DNA of 64,000 nt from Macrostomum lignano (lineage: Eukaryota). Where the stretch lies: NCBI GenBank assembly GCA_002269645.1, contig NIVC01001892.1, forward strand, positions 124,001-188,000, read 5' to 3'. The translations under genes were made by a program, and so were the position numbers. Below, in pieces: positions 62,881 to 64,000 of this stretch; within the stretch, counting starts at the first letter, position 1; each line of letters begins with the position of its first letter. The notes beneath the pieces were generated by a model, which was not told the DNA's origin, searched no databases, and saw only the letters and a list, made by a program, of their open reading frames with translations.

Positions 62881-63289
62881 GGTTGGCCGCCACTTCAGAA
62901 AAAATGAGGATAACTTCATTTTTCGCATTAAAATCGCCAATGGCTGAATTTGCTAAAATGTTATTTATTTACAGATCCAATCAGCGGTTTGAGATCAGAC
63001 AGGTGCAGCAGAATGCAGCAAAAAATCAATTCTGAGTAGCCAAGCAAAACATAGGCAAATTATAAACTACAAGTGTAACCAATAGTTTAATATTGGAATG
63101 CATTGCGCAAGATTTGTGCCTGTTTAAAATTAGCAGCATCATAGACAGCATAAGCGGACTAAAGTTTACGAATGCTACTTATAGTAGCACAAGTGAACAT
63201 TGGCAGATAACAAGTAATAAGAAATGTTTGAAAACACCTTGGTGGTTTGTATCAACCGGCTGAAAATAGGGTGCTGACCCTGAATGCTG

Positions 63290-63930
63290 AATAGAATGCT
63301 GACCCACTCTGGTTCAGAATGCTGACCCACTCTGGTTCAGAATGCTGACCCACTCTGGTTCAGAATGCTGACCCACTCTGGTTCAGAATGCTGACCCACT
63401 CTGGTTCAGAATGCTGACCCACTCTGGTTCAGAATGCTGACCCACCCTGATTCAGAATGCTGACCCACCCTGATTCAGAATGCTGACCCACCCTGATTCA
63501 GAATGCTGACCCACTCTGATTCAGAATGCTGACCCACCCTGATTCAGAATGCTGACCCACCCTGATTCAGAATGCTGACCCACTCTGGTTCAGAATGCTG
63601 ACCCACCCTGATTCAGAATGCTGACCCACCCTGATTCAGAATGCTGACCCACCCTGATTCAGAATGCTGACCCACCCTGATTCAGAATGCTGACCCACCC
63701 TGATTCAGAATGCTGACCCACTCTGGTTCAGAATGCTGACCCACTCTGGTTCAGAATGCTGACCCACCCTGGTTCAGAATGCTGACCCACCCTGATTCAG
63801 AATGCTGACCCACCCTGATTCAGAATGCTGACCCACTCTGGTTCAGAATGCTGACCCACCCTGATTCAGAATGCTGACCCACCCTGATTCAGAATGCTGA
63901 CCCACCCTGATTCAGAATGCTGACCCACTC
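63290..63930 (+). repeat. 23-bp minisatellite with two main variants
   Basis: CAGAATGCTGACCCACTCTGGTT / CAGAATGCTGACCCACCCTGATT. Confidence 0.95.
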
Positions 63931-64000
63931 ATTCATTGTGTCTGGCCTAAACCTGACTAGACTGAAACTAATGACGGGATGCAACGATAAACCACTAAAT

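Overview
Eukaryotic (animal) genomic DNA with GC-rich exons, short spliceosomal introns and a different tandem array in nearly every intron and just past most stop codons. This architecture most resembles a free-living flatworm such as Macrostomum (inference, not verified). Exon chains were built by hand from splice signals and phase checks. The window holds nine gene models: the 3' part of a PAN-like/LamG-like gene with a frameshift; a 4-exon melatonin-receptor-like GPCR; a 2-exon CRT-like (PfCRT/CLT family) transporter; a PAN + ALK/LTK-type glycine-rich gene with several indels and a 16-copy array of its own 3' splice site; four co-oriented minus-strand genes (FAM78-like, CDR2-like, cytoplasmic dynein intermediate chain, TGN38/KCT2-like); and a 5-exon, 225-aa gene of unknown function. 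Mobile DNA comprises a tRNA-derived SINE with a 12-bp TSD, a CORE-like SINE fragment, a deleted hAT element with an 8-bp TSD, two MITE-like elements and a possible decayed gypsy RT fragment. Most long ORFs in the supplied track are artefacts of stop-free repeats. No CRISPR array, rRNA or bona fide tRNA is supported.
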